From Elusimicrobia bacterium GWF2_62_30 (GTDB lineage Bacteria > Elusimicrobiota > Elusimicrobia > Elusimicrobiales > UBA9959): DNA of 64,000 nt. The position numbers and the translations under genes are program-made. Below are positions 33,493 through 42,124 of the stretch, in pieces. The first letter of the stretch is position 1, and each line of letters starts with the position of its first letter. The stretch is taken from assembly GCA_001799995.1 (NCBI GenBank), contig MGUK01000070.1:9056-73055 (forward strand), written 5' to 3'. The notes below the pieces were generated by a model, which was not told the DNA's origin, did no database searches, and saw only the letters and a program-made list of their open reading frames with translations.

Positions 33493-35991
33493 ATGGAAAA
33501 CATAGTTTTCTTCGGCAAAGGCGGCATCGGCAAAAGCACCATCGCCTCCAACGTTACCGCGGCGCTCGCCCAGGGCAGCGCCAGGATCCTCCACGTGGGC
33601 TGCGACCCGAAAATGGATTCTTCGGTCTCCCTGATGGGCCGGGGCATCCCGCCCTTCACCTCCTCCGGGCTCCTCGAGGACGAGGAGACCCTCCGCAAGA
33701 GCATCCACCCTTCCCCGGTAAACGGCGTTTTCTGCATCGAGGCCGGCGGCCCCGACCCCGGGCTGGGCTGCGCCGGCGCGGGAATAAGCGCCATGCTCGA
33801 CACCATCCGCTCCGTCGCCCTGCTGGAGAAGGACCGCTACGACGCCGTGATCTTCGACGTGCTGGGCGACGTGGTCTGCGGCGGGTTCGCGGCCCCGCTC
33901 AGGCGCGGCTTCGCGCAAAAGGCCGTGATAGTCGTCTCCGAGGAAATACTGGCCCTCTACGCCGCCAACCGCCTGGTAAAGATGGTTGAGAACTATTCCC
34001 GCAACGGGGTTTACCTGGCCGGCCTGGCCGCCAACCTCAAGAACGCGGACGGCCTTAAAATAGTGCAGGATTTCGCCAGGGCGGTAAACACGAAGGTGCT
34101 GGGCGTGGTGCTGCGCAGCGCCGAGATCACGCGCGCGGAGAAGGCCCAGCGCGTAGCGGTGCTCCACGCCCCGCACAGCGACGCCGCCAGGCGCCTGCGC
34201 GCCCTGAGCCGGGCGATCGCTTCGGCCAGGCCGCCGGCCGCCCCCTGCCGGGCCCTGTCCGACCCCGAGATCTTCGCCTTCCTCAAAGGAGAGGCCGTAA
34301 AGCGCAGGCCGCCGGCCCCGCGGGCGGGCCCCGCTGCCCCCCGGTCCGGGCTCTCCCCCGTCGAGATGCGGGAGCTGCTGGACGAAATGGGTTTCAAGCT
34401 TTCGGGCATAGCCGGCGGCCAGGTGCTCTGCCGCCTGGGGCTGGACGGCCGCGAACTTAGGGTATTCATAGTCCCCGCGGGCAGGTGCGCCGAGGGAATG
34501 CAGCTCGTCAACGACTGGGGCATCTGCGTCGCCCCCGACGAGAAGGACGTGGACGGCGAACTCACGGGCAAGGTCCAGGCGGCGGCGCGCCGGCTCCGGC
34601 CCCTGCGCTTCGACGATTTCGTGGCCGCGTTCTGCGGCAGCGAAAGCTTTTACGGCAGCGTGATGACCTACAACCTCTCCGGGAACACCGCCGGGGACGG
34701 CCCGCCGGAGCGGCCTTATTACGCCTTCGGCCAATGGCAGAAATTCCTTTTCTCGAACTGCGACGGCAAATTCATCCCGCCTGGCTTCCCGATAGTCGAG
34801 CACGGCGACATCGAATGCCGCTTCGCCTTCTATAACGTAACGCCGCTGAGCATGTTCCAGACCTGGGGCGGCCTCGCGGGCAGCCCGGGCACTTCCCCCG
34901 TCCCGCGCCTGCCCAAGCAGGAAAAGAACGTCTTCAGCACCGGTTTCGATGCCCAGGACGCGTTCGCCGGGGACGAGGCGAAGATAGAGAAAGCCCTCAA
35001 CGTCGCCGCCGGCAGGACCGGGAAAAGCGGGCACGTAGAGCTTTATATGTGCTGCCCCGCCCACATGGTAGCGGGCGACGTGCGCGCCCCGGTGGAGCGC
35101 GTTTCCGAAAGAACGGGCATAAACGTCTTCATCGAGAGCTGCAACAGCATTTCGGTCCATGCCCCCGCCAAGACGGCCGCGCGCGCGGACTTCGTGGAGA
35201 AAGAACTGTCTTCCCGCGGCCGGCGCAAGCCTTCCCGCGACGTGAATTTTATAAACTTCGGCGATCCCCGGAAGCCGCTTTCCGCGCTGCTGGAAAGCGG
35301 CGGCCTTACGATAACGGCCCCTTCGGACGACCTCTACGCCGATATCCTCTCGGCCAGGCTGCAGATCCTGCCGGAGCCTGAGCCGGTACTGGTGCGGGCT
35401 TTCGAGCGGCGCGGCATAAAGTGGGTGTCGCCGCCGGCGCCTTACGGTTTCGCGGCCACCTCCAGGTGGCTGGCCGGCGTCTACTCGGCCCTGGGCCGGC
35501 CCGCGCCGCGCCCGCCGCGCGGCGGCGCCGCCGCGGCCCTGCGGCGCGGGCTGGCGGCCGGCTGCTCCGCGTTCACCGCCGGCTTCGTCGCCGCGCCCGA
35601 CGAGCTGCCCGTCCTTCTTTCGGACAGGTTCCCCGTTCTCGGCTTCATGGCCGAGGCGGGCTTCGCCCTCAGGCTGATGCTGTACGCGCCGGACAAGGAA
35701 GCAGAAAAGAAGGCTGAGCGGCGGACGCAGGAACTCCGCGCCAGGTTCAGCCGCGCCCGCGTGACGGCCGTTCTTTTCCGGACGCCGGCCCAGCTGGCCG
35801 CCGCCCTGGCCGGAGACCGCAAAATGCGGCTGGTCTATTCGGATATCGTCGCCGACCGGCGGATAGTCTCCGCCGGCAGGAACGTGCTGTCCCCCGCCGT
35901 CTTCGAGCCGGGCTACGACGGAGCGCTGGAAACCGCCAGGCGGCTGCTCAGGCTCTGCAAATGGAATTTCAATGAACGATACCTCCGCTGA
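33493..35991 (+). CDS. Nitrogenase-like fusion protein: NifH/BchL/CfbC-type ATPase (res 1 to ~265) + linker/insert + NifD/BchN/CfbD-type component-1 domain (res ~400 to 832)
   Basis: FFGKGGIGKST (P-loop), GCDPKMDS (switch I), CIEAGGPDPGLGCAG and FDVLGDVVCGGFA (both 4Fe-4S Cys contexts). Later VEHGDIECRF and ELYMCCPAHMVAGD resemble component-1 Cys contexts. Confidence 0.8.
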   Translation: MENIVFFGKGGIGKSTIASNVTAALAQGSARILHVGCDPKMDSSVSLMGRGIPPFTSSGLLEDEETLRKSIHPSPVNGVFCIEAGGPDPGLGCAGAGISAMLDTIRSVALLEKDRYDAVIFDVLGDVVCGGFAAPLRRGFAQKAVIVVSEEILALYAANRLVKMVENYSRNGVYLAGLAANLKNADGLKIVQDFARAVNTKVLGVVLRSAEITRAEKAQRVAVLHAPHSDAARRLRALSRAIASARPPAAPCRALSDPEIFAFLKGEAVKRRPPAPRAGPAAPRSGLSPVEMRELLDEMGFKLSGIAGGQVLCRLGLDGRELRVFIVPAGRCAEGMQLVNDWGICVAPDEKDVDGELTGKVQAAARRLRPLRFDDFVAAFCGSESFYGSVMTYNLSGNTAGDGPPERPYYAFGQWQKFLFSNCDGKFIPPGFPIVEHGDIECRFAFYNVTPLSMFQTWGGLAGSPGTSPVPRLPKQEKNVFSTGFDAQDAFAGDEAKIEKALNVAAGRTGKSGHVELYMCCPAHMVAGDVRAPVERVSERTGINVFIESCNSISVHAPAKTAARADFVEKELSSRGRRKPSRDVNFINFGDPRKPLSALLESGGLTITAPSDDLYADILSARLQILPEPEPVLVRAFERRGIKWVSPPAPYGFAATSRWLAGVYSALGRPAPRPPRGGAAAALRRGLAAGCSAFTAGFVAAPDELPVLLSDRFPVLGFMAEAGFALRLMLYAPDKEAEKKAERRTQELRARFSRARVTAVLFRTPAQLAAALAGDRKMRLVYSDIVADRRIVSAGRNVLSPAVFEPGYDGALETARRLLRLCKWNFNERYLR

Positions 35992-37249
35992 CGGCGAATT
36001 TTCAAGGACCTACGTGCTCCCGTACCTGCTGGGCGTTTACCTGGCGGCCAACGCGGTCAAGGACGTCTGCGTGGTGGTGGACGGGCCTGACTGCATCATG
36101 CAGAAGGCGGACCTCATCTGGGGCAACCACGACCTTTTTTCCACGCTGCTGTCGGGCGAAGGGCGGCACAGGATCCTCTGCACGATGGCCCACCCGGTCT
36201 CTTCCGACCGCAGCCCGGACACGAAGATAACCACGCTTGTCGGGAAGGTGGCCGCCTCGGGGCAATTCGGCGCGGTAGTGCTGACGGCGCTGCCTTTCAG
36301 CAGGATCTCCGGCGTGGATTACGCGGGGATAGCCGCCGCCGCGTCCGCCAGGACGCCGGTGGCCTATGTCCCCGCCAAGTCGCTGGAGCTGGACTGGCTG
36401 GACGGCTACGACGAGACGCTGGCCGCGCTGGCCCGGTCGCTCCCCGCGCCCCGCAAAGCTATAAAGCGCCGGCGCGCGGTAGTGCTGGCCGGCTATATGC
36501 TGGACCGCAACGAATTCGACCACTCGGCCAACCTGGCCGAGCTGCGGCGGCTGCTGGCGGCGGCCGGGCTTGAGACGGTCTCTGTCTGGCCTTCCGGCGG
36601 CGATTGCGCGGAGCTCGCCCGCGCCGCGCAAGCGGGGCTGGTAGTTTCCCTGCCGCACGGCAGGAAGACGGCGAAGGCGCTGTCCGAAAGGTTCGGCGCC
36701 CCGCTCGTGGAGACAGGGCTGCCGCTGGGTCTGCAGGGGACCCTCGACTGGCTTCGGACCATAACCCGGGCGGCCGGGCTCCGCGGGGAGCTGCCGGTAG
36801 CCCTGCGCGAGGAAGCCAGGCGGACGGCCGCGGTCATCGCCCCGGCCCTGCCGGCGCTCCTCCACAAGAACATCCTTTTCACCGGCGACCCGGGCCTTTA
36901 CTCGGCCCTGGCCTCCTTCGCGGAGGAACTGTGCATGGACGCCTCCTGCGCGCTGCTTAACACCAGGCGGCGCCCGGTCCGTACGGCCGGAACGCCTGCG
37001 GTAATGCTGTTCGGCCCGGAGATCCCGGCCGCGCGCGCCGCGGTACAGGCGCTGCCGGCCTACCAGAAGCCGCATCTCGCCGTCGGCGATTCGTTCGCGC
37101 TGTCCGAGGGGCTGAACTGCGGGCTGCCTTTCATGGAGTTCGGCTTCCCTTCGTACGCGCATCACTGCCTGACGGACGAGCCCTTCCTCGGTTTTTCCGG
37201 CGCAAGGAGCCTGGCCGCGCGCCTCCTTAACTGCCTGCACTCCGGTTAG
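35972..37249 (+). CDS. Nitrogenase component-1-like partner subunit (NifK/NifN/BchB-type)
   Basis: Overlaps the fusion gene by 20 nt. YLLGVYLAANAVKDVCVVVDGPDCIMQK resembles the HGP.GC-type N-terminal region of Oxidored_nitro proteins. Rossmann-like repeats follow (RRAVVLAGY..., NILFTGDPG). Confidence 0.65.
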   Translation: MNDTSADGEFSRTYVLPYLLGVYLAANAVKDVCVVVDGPDCIMQKADLIWGNHDLFSTLLSGEGRHRILCTMAHPVSSDRSPDTKITTLVGKVAASGQFGAVVLTALPFSRISGVDYAGIAAAASARTPVAYVPAKSLELDWLDGYDETLAALARSLPAPRKAIKRRRAVVLAGYMLDRNEFDHSANLAELRRLLAAAGLETVSVWPSGGDCAELARAAQAGLVVSLPHGRKTAKALSERFGAPLVETGLPLGLQGTLDWLRTITRAAGLRGELPVALREEARRTAAVIAPALPALLHKNILFTGDPGLYSALASFAEELCMDASCALLNTRRRPVRTAGTPAVMLFGPEIPAARAAVQALPAYQKPHLAVGDSFALSEGLNCGLPFMEFGFPSYAHHCLTDEPFLGFSGARSLAARLLNCLHSG

Positions 37250-37295
37250 CTCCGGGGGAGCCGCAGGAAGTTTCTTCAGCGGCGGGAATTTTACG

Positions 37296-38249
37296 ATGAG
37301 ACAAAAACGACCTGCGGCCCGCCGGAAGATAGAGCTGAACCAGATCATCAACGTGACCGCCGCGTGCAACCAGCGCTGCCTTTTCTGCTCGAGGGACAGC
37401 TGGCTGCCCCCTCACCCCCCCAAGCTCATCCGGGCCTCGATACGGAAGTTCAAGGACTCCGTCTGCTTCGAAGGAGGCGAGCCGACCCTCTTCCCGGACA
37501 CCCTCAAATGGATACGCTTCGCGAAGAAGGAAGGGGTCAGGAACGTCGTCCTCGTCACCAACGGCTTTTCCCTGGACGACCCCGCGGCGGCGGAGAAATA
37601 CGTCGAGGCCGGCGTGGATTTTTTCAACGTGAACCTGCCGGCGCATACCCCGGCCCTTTACGACGCCCTCACCCGGACCCGGGCCAACTTCGCCCGGCGG
37701 GTCAAGGCGGTGCGCACACTCATCCGCGCCGCGGGCGGGCGCAAGGTCCGCGTCACGCTGGTAGCGACCTCCGTCATGATCCCGAAGCTGCCGGAGTACG
37801 CCCTGTTCGTGCTGCGGAATTTTCCCGAGCTGCTCTACCTGGAGATAAATTTCCCGAAGCTGCTCGGCGGCTGCGTGGAGCGCCCCTGGCTCATACCGGA
37901 CCTCGCCGCCTGCCGGCTGCCCCTGCGGACGGCGGTAAAGCTCCTGCAGGCGGGCGGGATGAAGGTGATTACCGACGGGTTCCCGCTCTGCGCGATGAAA
38001 GGCTTCGAATACTGCGCGATAGACGCGCACGCGGCGGCTTACGGCGACCTCGGCCAGGACTACCTGGCGGAAAAGGAGCAGCGCCCGCCCTGTTCAGGCT
38101 GCTCGCTGGCGGCCGTCTGCAGGGGCCCGCGCAAAGATTATGTTTCCCGTCACGGCTGGAAAGAGCTACGCCCGAGCCGGGTGACGCCGGCTTCGGTGAA
38201 GGCGAAGATAGAGAAGGTTTTCGGCAGGCGCGGCGGCGGCTCCCGCTAG
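37296..38249 (+). CDS. Radical SAM enzyme, HxsC-like paralogue family
   Basis: CNQRCLFC, FEGGEPT, C-terminal CSGCSLAAVCRGPRKDYVSRHGWKELRP. Confidence 0.85.
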   Translation: MRQKRPAARRKIELNQIINVTAACNQRCLFCSRDSWLPPHPPKLIRASIRKFKDSVCFEGGEPTLFPDTLKWIRFAKKEGVRNVVLVTNGFSLDDPAAAEKYVEAGVDFFNVNLPAHTPALYDALTRTRANFARRVKAVRTLIRAAGGRKVRVTLVATSVMIPKLPEYALFVLRNFPELLYLEINFPKLLGGCVERPWLIPDLAACRLPLRTAVKLLQAGGMKVITDGFPLCAMKGFEYCAIDAHAAAYGDLGQDYLAEKEQRPPCSGCSLAAVCRGPRKDYVSRHGWKELRPSRVTPASVKAKIEKVFGRRGGGSR

Positions 38250-38265
38250 GCCGCCGCGGGAAGGT

Positions 38266-40359
38266 TTACGGGGCCTTTTGCCCCAGCAGCTTCCTGGCTT
38301 CGGCCAGTTTCGGCCAGGAAGGAGACGCGTTCTCCACGGTCCAGAGCAGGGCTTCCCCGGCCTCCTCGTTACGGCCCAGGGCCGTGAGCAGCCTGTAACT
38401 TTCAAAAGAAGCTTCGCTTCCGAGGTACGGGTTCCCGCCACCGGGTTTCCCCGGGCCCGCCGCATAAGCCGCTCCCTGGCAGGCTTGCAGCGCCCTTTCC
38501 TTCCCCCCTTCCCCTGAAGCGTCAAGACACTGTTCCATAAGCGCCTCGACGCCCTCTTTAGGCGCGGGCCTGGGAGCGCCGTCAAACGGAACGGCTTTCA
38601 AAACGCTGTGCTTGCCGGGACCAGGGGTTAGGGAAGTATTACCGGGCGGCCTGGCCTGCCCGACCGGCGGCGGAGTTTTTTTCCCGGCCAGCGGACCGGG
38701 CCCGCCGCCTGCGGGCCGGGGGCCGGCGGCCTGCGTCTCAAAACCATAAGCGAGCCCCAGGCCGCGGGCTTCCCGCACCAGCCCTGACCCGTTAAATTCC
38801 CGCTCCGCTTCCTTCTTATTTCCCTGGCCGGCCAGGATCTGGGCCCGCAGAAGCTTCAGGAAGCCGCGCGCGGGGTCCAGGGCCAGGGCCCTGTCGCACA
38901 ATATCATAGCGGCGCCGTAATTTCCCTGGCGCCGCTCGACCTCGGAGAGATGCCCCAGGAAAAGCGGGAAAAGCGCTTCGAGCTGGACGACCTTGCCGAT
39001 AGACCAGAAATTGCGGAGGATCGCTTTATCCAGGGCCTGGGCGGAAACCGCGGCGTTCTCCAGCAGCCCGGGCGCCTCCTGCCGGACATAGGCGAGTTCC
39101 GCCAGCGAAGCCTCGTTAAAGGACCTGTCCCCCGGGTTCAGCCAGGTAGCCGCGTAACTGAGCCGCTTGAGCGCGTCCTCCCGGGCCGTCTCCTTCCACG
39201 TCGGGCTGTCCGCGGCCCTGAACTTCTCGAAGCCCTTCAGCCCGCAGGCGGAGGCCGAGCGGAAGATCTCGTTCCAGACCGCACGGTTGTAGGAAGTGCG
39301 CCAATGCATGCCGTCGGTGAATTCGCGGAAGCCGGGAAGCCCGCTGTCCGCCACGCCGCGGAAAAGCTTGTCGAGGTCGGCCACGCACGCGCCTTCGGCG
39401 GCGGCCGCGCCGCGGATGCTGTCGTTGCGGGCCTCGCTGGCCCGGGCCATATCCGCGTCCACGTCCACCGCCTTCCGGTAATAGGCCGCGGCCTCGGCGG
39501 CGCGCCCCAGCTTGTCCAGGGTCCTGGCCGTATAGAAATTCAGCAGGCTGTCGTACGGCTGCGCCGCCAGCCCCGCGCGGAATTTTTCGAGGGCGGCCTT
39601 GTGGTCGTTCTCGTAAAAAAGTTTATACCCGGCGGCGAACTGCGGGTCCTCCAGTAAAAGCTGGGTCCGCGAAGGCATATCCCTGACGTTGGCCGGCAGC
39701 GTGCAGAAAACCACCGGCACGCCGGCTTTCCGGGCCGCGGCGGACATATCGGAGACCATGGCGGCATGTATCTTCAGCGAGGCTTTTTTAACGGCCTGCT
39801 GCGGCACGTCCGTGCGCGAATAATATTTCTCAAAGAGGCGGAATTTCCTGCGCTTCAGCTCGAAATCCAGGCCCGGGCAGTTCTGGTCGGGCGAGCCCTC
39901 GTGGTTCCCGCTCAGTATAACGAGCAGGTCCGGGTCATAGCGCAGGACCTCCTTGAAAATGCCGTAGATCCTTACGCTTTCGTAGCCGCCCATACCGCAG
40001 TTTATGATCTCGAAACCGGAGTTATCCACTGCGTCCGCGCCCTTCTCCCAGGGCAGGTCGGCGCAGCTGGAGAGCGCGCAGACACCCCTGTCCAGCAGGG
40101 CGGCGACGGACTCCCCCAGGACGAAAACCCTTTTTACCCCGGCGGGCTTCGGCATAGTGAACTTTTCAGGCATGGCCAGTTTTCGCTGCGCCGCGAATTC
40201 CCCTTTAGCGGTTTCGGCGAAGAACGGTTTTTTTATGTCGCCGCAATAATAGCCGGCCTGCCCGTCGTCCCTGGCGGCGCCGCTCCCCGGCGCGGCCCCG
40301 GCCCGCCGCGGCGCGGACAGCAGCAGGAACACCGGCAGGACCAAGAATAATTTGATCAT
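38266..40359 (-). CDS. Secreted SGNH-like hydrolase domain protein with TPR repeats and a Pro/Gly-rich spacer
   Basis: The ATG at 40359 (MIKLFLVLPVFLLLSA, signal peptide) overlaps the upstream stop (TGATG). KRVFVLGESVAAL (block I), IINCGMGGYES, ILSGNHEG (block III), FTDGMHW (block V). Paralogue of 26064-28004. Confidence 0.55.
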   Translation of the reverse strand: MIKLFLVLPVFLLLSAPRRAGAAPGSGAARDDGQAGYYCGDIKKPFFAETAKGEFAAQRKLAMPEKFTMPKPAGVKRVFVLGESVAALLDRGVCALSSCADLPWEKGADAVDNSGFEIINCGMGGYESVRIYGIFKEVLRYDPDLLVILSGNHEGSPDQNCPGLDFELKRRKFRLFEKYYSRTDVPQQAVKKASLKIHAAMVSDMSAAARKAGVPVVFCTLPANVRDMPSRTQLLLEDPQFAAGYKLFYENDHKAALEKFRAGLAAQPYDSLLNFYTARTLDKLGRAAEAAAYYRKAVDVDADMARASEARNDSIRGAAAAEGACVADLDKLFRGVADSGLPGFREFTDGMHWRTSYNRAVWNEIFRSASACGLKGFEKFRAADSPTWKETAREDALKRLSYAATWLNPGDRSFNEASLAELAYVRQEAPGLLENAAVSAQALDKAILRNFWSIGKVVQLEALFPLFLGHLSEVERRQGNYGAAMILCDRALALDPARGFLKLLRAQILAGQGNKKEAEREFNGSGLVREARGLGLAYGFETQAAGPRPAGGGPGPLAGKKTPPPVGQARPPGNTSLTPGPGKHSVLKAVPFDGAPRPAPKEGVEALMEQCLDASGEGGKERALQACQGAAYAAGPGKPGGGNPYLGSEASFESYRLLTALGRNEEAGEALLWTVENASPSWPKLAEARKLLGQKAP

Positions 40360-41174
40360 CAGGGAAAAGGGCAATAGACCAGCCGGTCGATACGCAGCTC
40401 CCGCAGTTCTTCGGCCGTGGAATAGAACTTTTCGGGGAACTCGAGGAAGACGGTGTTGCCCCGCACCGCGAGCTTTTCCTTTATCCAGGGATGGTCGACG
40501 GTGAAGGCGCAGGCCCGGCATTCCTGGCGGCACTCGATACCGCGCATGGAATCCTCCGGGCCGATATACGGCATCCCGACCATGCAGGTCCGCGTGGTCG
40601 TCAGGGGAAGGTAAGGGTAATAAAGAGTAAGGCTGAATTTCTCCCGGACGAACGGGCTGTCGTCCGACACGTAGTTGGCTACGGGCCTGGTGCCGGTGGA
40701 GGAGAACTCGTAGCGGCTTATCCCGCGTTTCGCCAGGAACGCCAGCGACAGGCTGTTCAGGACGGCTATGCCGTGGGCCTGCCTGACGAAGGCGTTGAGG
40801 GAGAACTGCCGTCCGGCGTTAAGCGTGAAGGGCAGCTTTTCGCGCGCGGCGAGCGCCAGCGCGCCGAAGTCGTTCACTGTTATCTCCAGCCTGTCCGCTG
40901 CCAGGCGCCCGGCGCGGTGCAGCTTCTTCAGCCCCTTGAAGACGGCCGACAGGCTTTCGACGCCCCTCTCCGTCAGGAGCGGGGTGAGCAGGCAGACTTT
41001 CTTGCCCAGCTCCTGGTACCCGGCCGCTTCGGCGCAGACGGACGCGTCCAGGAGGTTCTCGCAGAATTCCGAACCGATATAGACCCAGTCGAACCGCTTC
41101 AGCGCGTCCTTCACCCTGGTCTCCGGGAAGACGGAGCCGCCGAGCCTGATGCCGTGTTCGACGCGCCCCGTCAT
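40359..41174 (-). CDS. Divergent U32-like partner subunit (UbiV-like position)
   Basis: Only the last 271 codons of track ORF 40359..42050 are used; the ATG at 41174 overlaps the upstream stop (ATGA). FDWVYIGSEFCENLL, ITVNDFGAL, Cys group TTTRTCMVG...IECRQECRACAF. Confidence 0.5.
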   Translation of the reverse strand: MTGRVEHGIRLGGSVFPETRVKDALKRFDWVYIGSEFCENLLDASVCAEAAGYQELGKKVCLLTPLLTERGVESLSAVFKGLKKLHRAGRLAADRLEITVNDFGALALAAREKLPFTLNAGRQFSLNAFVRQAHGIAVLNSLSLAFLAKRGISRYEFSSTGTRPVANYVSDDSPFVREKFSLTLYYPYLPLTTTRTCMVGMPYIGPEDSMRGIECRQECRACAFTVDHPWIKEKLAVRGNTVFLEFPEKFYSTAEELRELRIDRLVYCPFP

Positions 41175-42124
41175 AGCTTGGGCTCCCGCCACCCGGACAT
41201 CTTTTCGATGAACCGCCGCCTGGCCTCGGCGGGCGGGAGGCAAGCGCGCAGCTCTTCGGCCAGGTCCAGCATAAGCCGCATCTCGCGCACCTTTTTGAAC
41301 TTTTGCGCGGAGGGGTCCTGGCGTATCCCGTACTTGAGGTAGCCGAGCCCGCCCGCGAAGAAGTCGAAGAAAGACGCCGCGTTGGCTATGCGCGGGGTGG
41401 TGCCGCAGCCGAACCTTTCGGAAAAGCGTTTTATGATCCCGCCCAGCCGCGGCTTCCACGCCGGGGAGAGGTTTATCACTCCCGGCGCGGGCATGCCGCA
41501 GGCCCCCATATCGGGGTGGCACATGGAGCCGCCTTTGTATTTGCGGGTGGCGCTGTAATATTCCGGCCTGTGCATATGGCAGCGGCCGTTCAGGTAGGAG
41601 CAGCCGAAGAACCGGTAGTCGAACATCTCCGTCTCTATCTTCTTCCGGCGGCAAAGGGCGAAGAGCTTCTTCGCTTCGTAAGGGGAAAGCTGGTTCGGGA
41701 GGATTATCCGCTTTATCCCAAGCCTTATGAAAAAATCCGCCGTCAGGCTGTTGAAGCAGGGCTGTAAAGAACTGAGATGAAGCCCCGCCCGGAGCCGCTT
41801 CAGCCTTGAGAAAAGCGTGAACATGGCGGGGTTCGCCACGATGAAATAATCCACCCCGAGCCCGTCGGCCTCCCCCAGGAGTTCGACCATGGAGGCCTCG
41901 CTGCGGGGATCGAAGTTCAGCGTCACGCTGTTGACCGCGAGGGAGATCTTCAGGCCCTCGGCGTGCGCGCTGCGCACGGCGTCCCCTAGCGCCTTCATGT
42001 CCGGCAGGGATTCCTGCGGCCCGAAGGAGGGCAGCTGGGCCACGCCGCAATAAAGCTCGTCCGCGCCGGCTTTAGCCAGCGCCCGGATCTCCGCGGGGTC
42101 AACGAAGCAGGAAACTATCTTCAT
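41171..42124 (-). CDS. Peptidase U32 family protein (UbiU-like)
   Basis: KAGADELYCGV..., GLKISLAVNS, GVDYFIVANPAM, LHLSSLQPCFN, GIKRIILPNQLS, and EMFDYRFFGCSYLNGRCHMH, which resembles the U32 E.F..G..C....G.C signature. Confidence 0.7.
   Translation of the reverse strand: MKIVSCFVDPAEIRALAKAGADELYCGVAQLPSFGPQESLPDMKALGDAVRSAHAEGLKISLAVNSVTLNFDPRSEASMVELLGEADGLGVDYFIVANPAMFTLFSRLKRLRAGLHLSSLQPCFNSLTADFFIRLGIKRIILPNQLSPYEAKKLFALCRRKKIETEMFDYRFFGCSYLNGRCHMHRPEYYSATRKYKGGSMCHPDMGACGMPAPGVINLSPAWKPRLGGIIKRFSERFGCGTTPRIANAASFFDFFAGGLGYLKYGIRQDPSAQKFKKVREMRLMLDLAEELRACLPPAEARRRFIEKMSGWREPKL

Noticed and set aside
33490-35160. 556-aa minus-strand ORF opposite the first nitrogenase-like fusion gene
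   Set aside because: Same reasoning: an antisense shadow ORF, compositionally biased (R/G/A/P/V), with no recognisable domain.
33493-37249. Conventional molybdenum nitrogenase (nifHDK) for N2 fixation
   Set aside because: The H and D modules are fused, the D-like and K-like parts are only ~430 aa each, and no nifB/E/N/V-type genes or typical nif neighbours are visible. The context is rSAM/U32/B12 tailoring enzymes. A nitrogenase-like (group IV-type) enzyme is the safer reading, although I cannot exclude it without an alignment of FeMo-co ligand positions.
41175-42050. Upstream 292 codons of track ORF 40359..42050 (563 aa)
   Set aside because: This part overlaps the U32 gene 41171-42124 out of frame and is Arg/Pro/Gly-rich. 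The U32-partner homology, collinear with 48216-49025, begins at the ATG at 41174, which is ATGA-coupled to the U32 stop.
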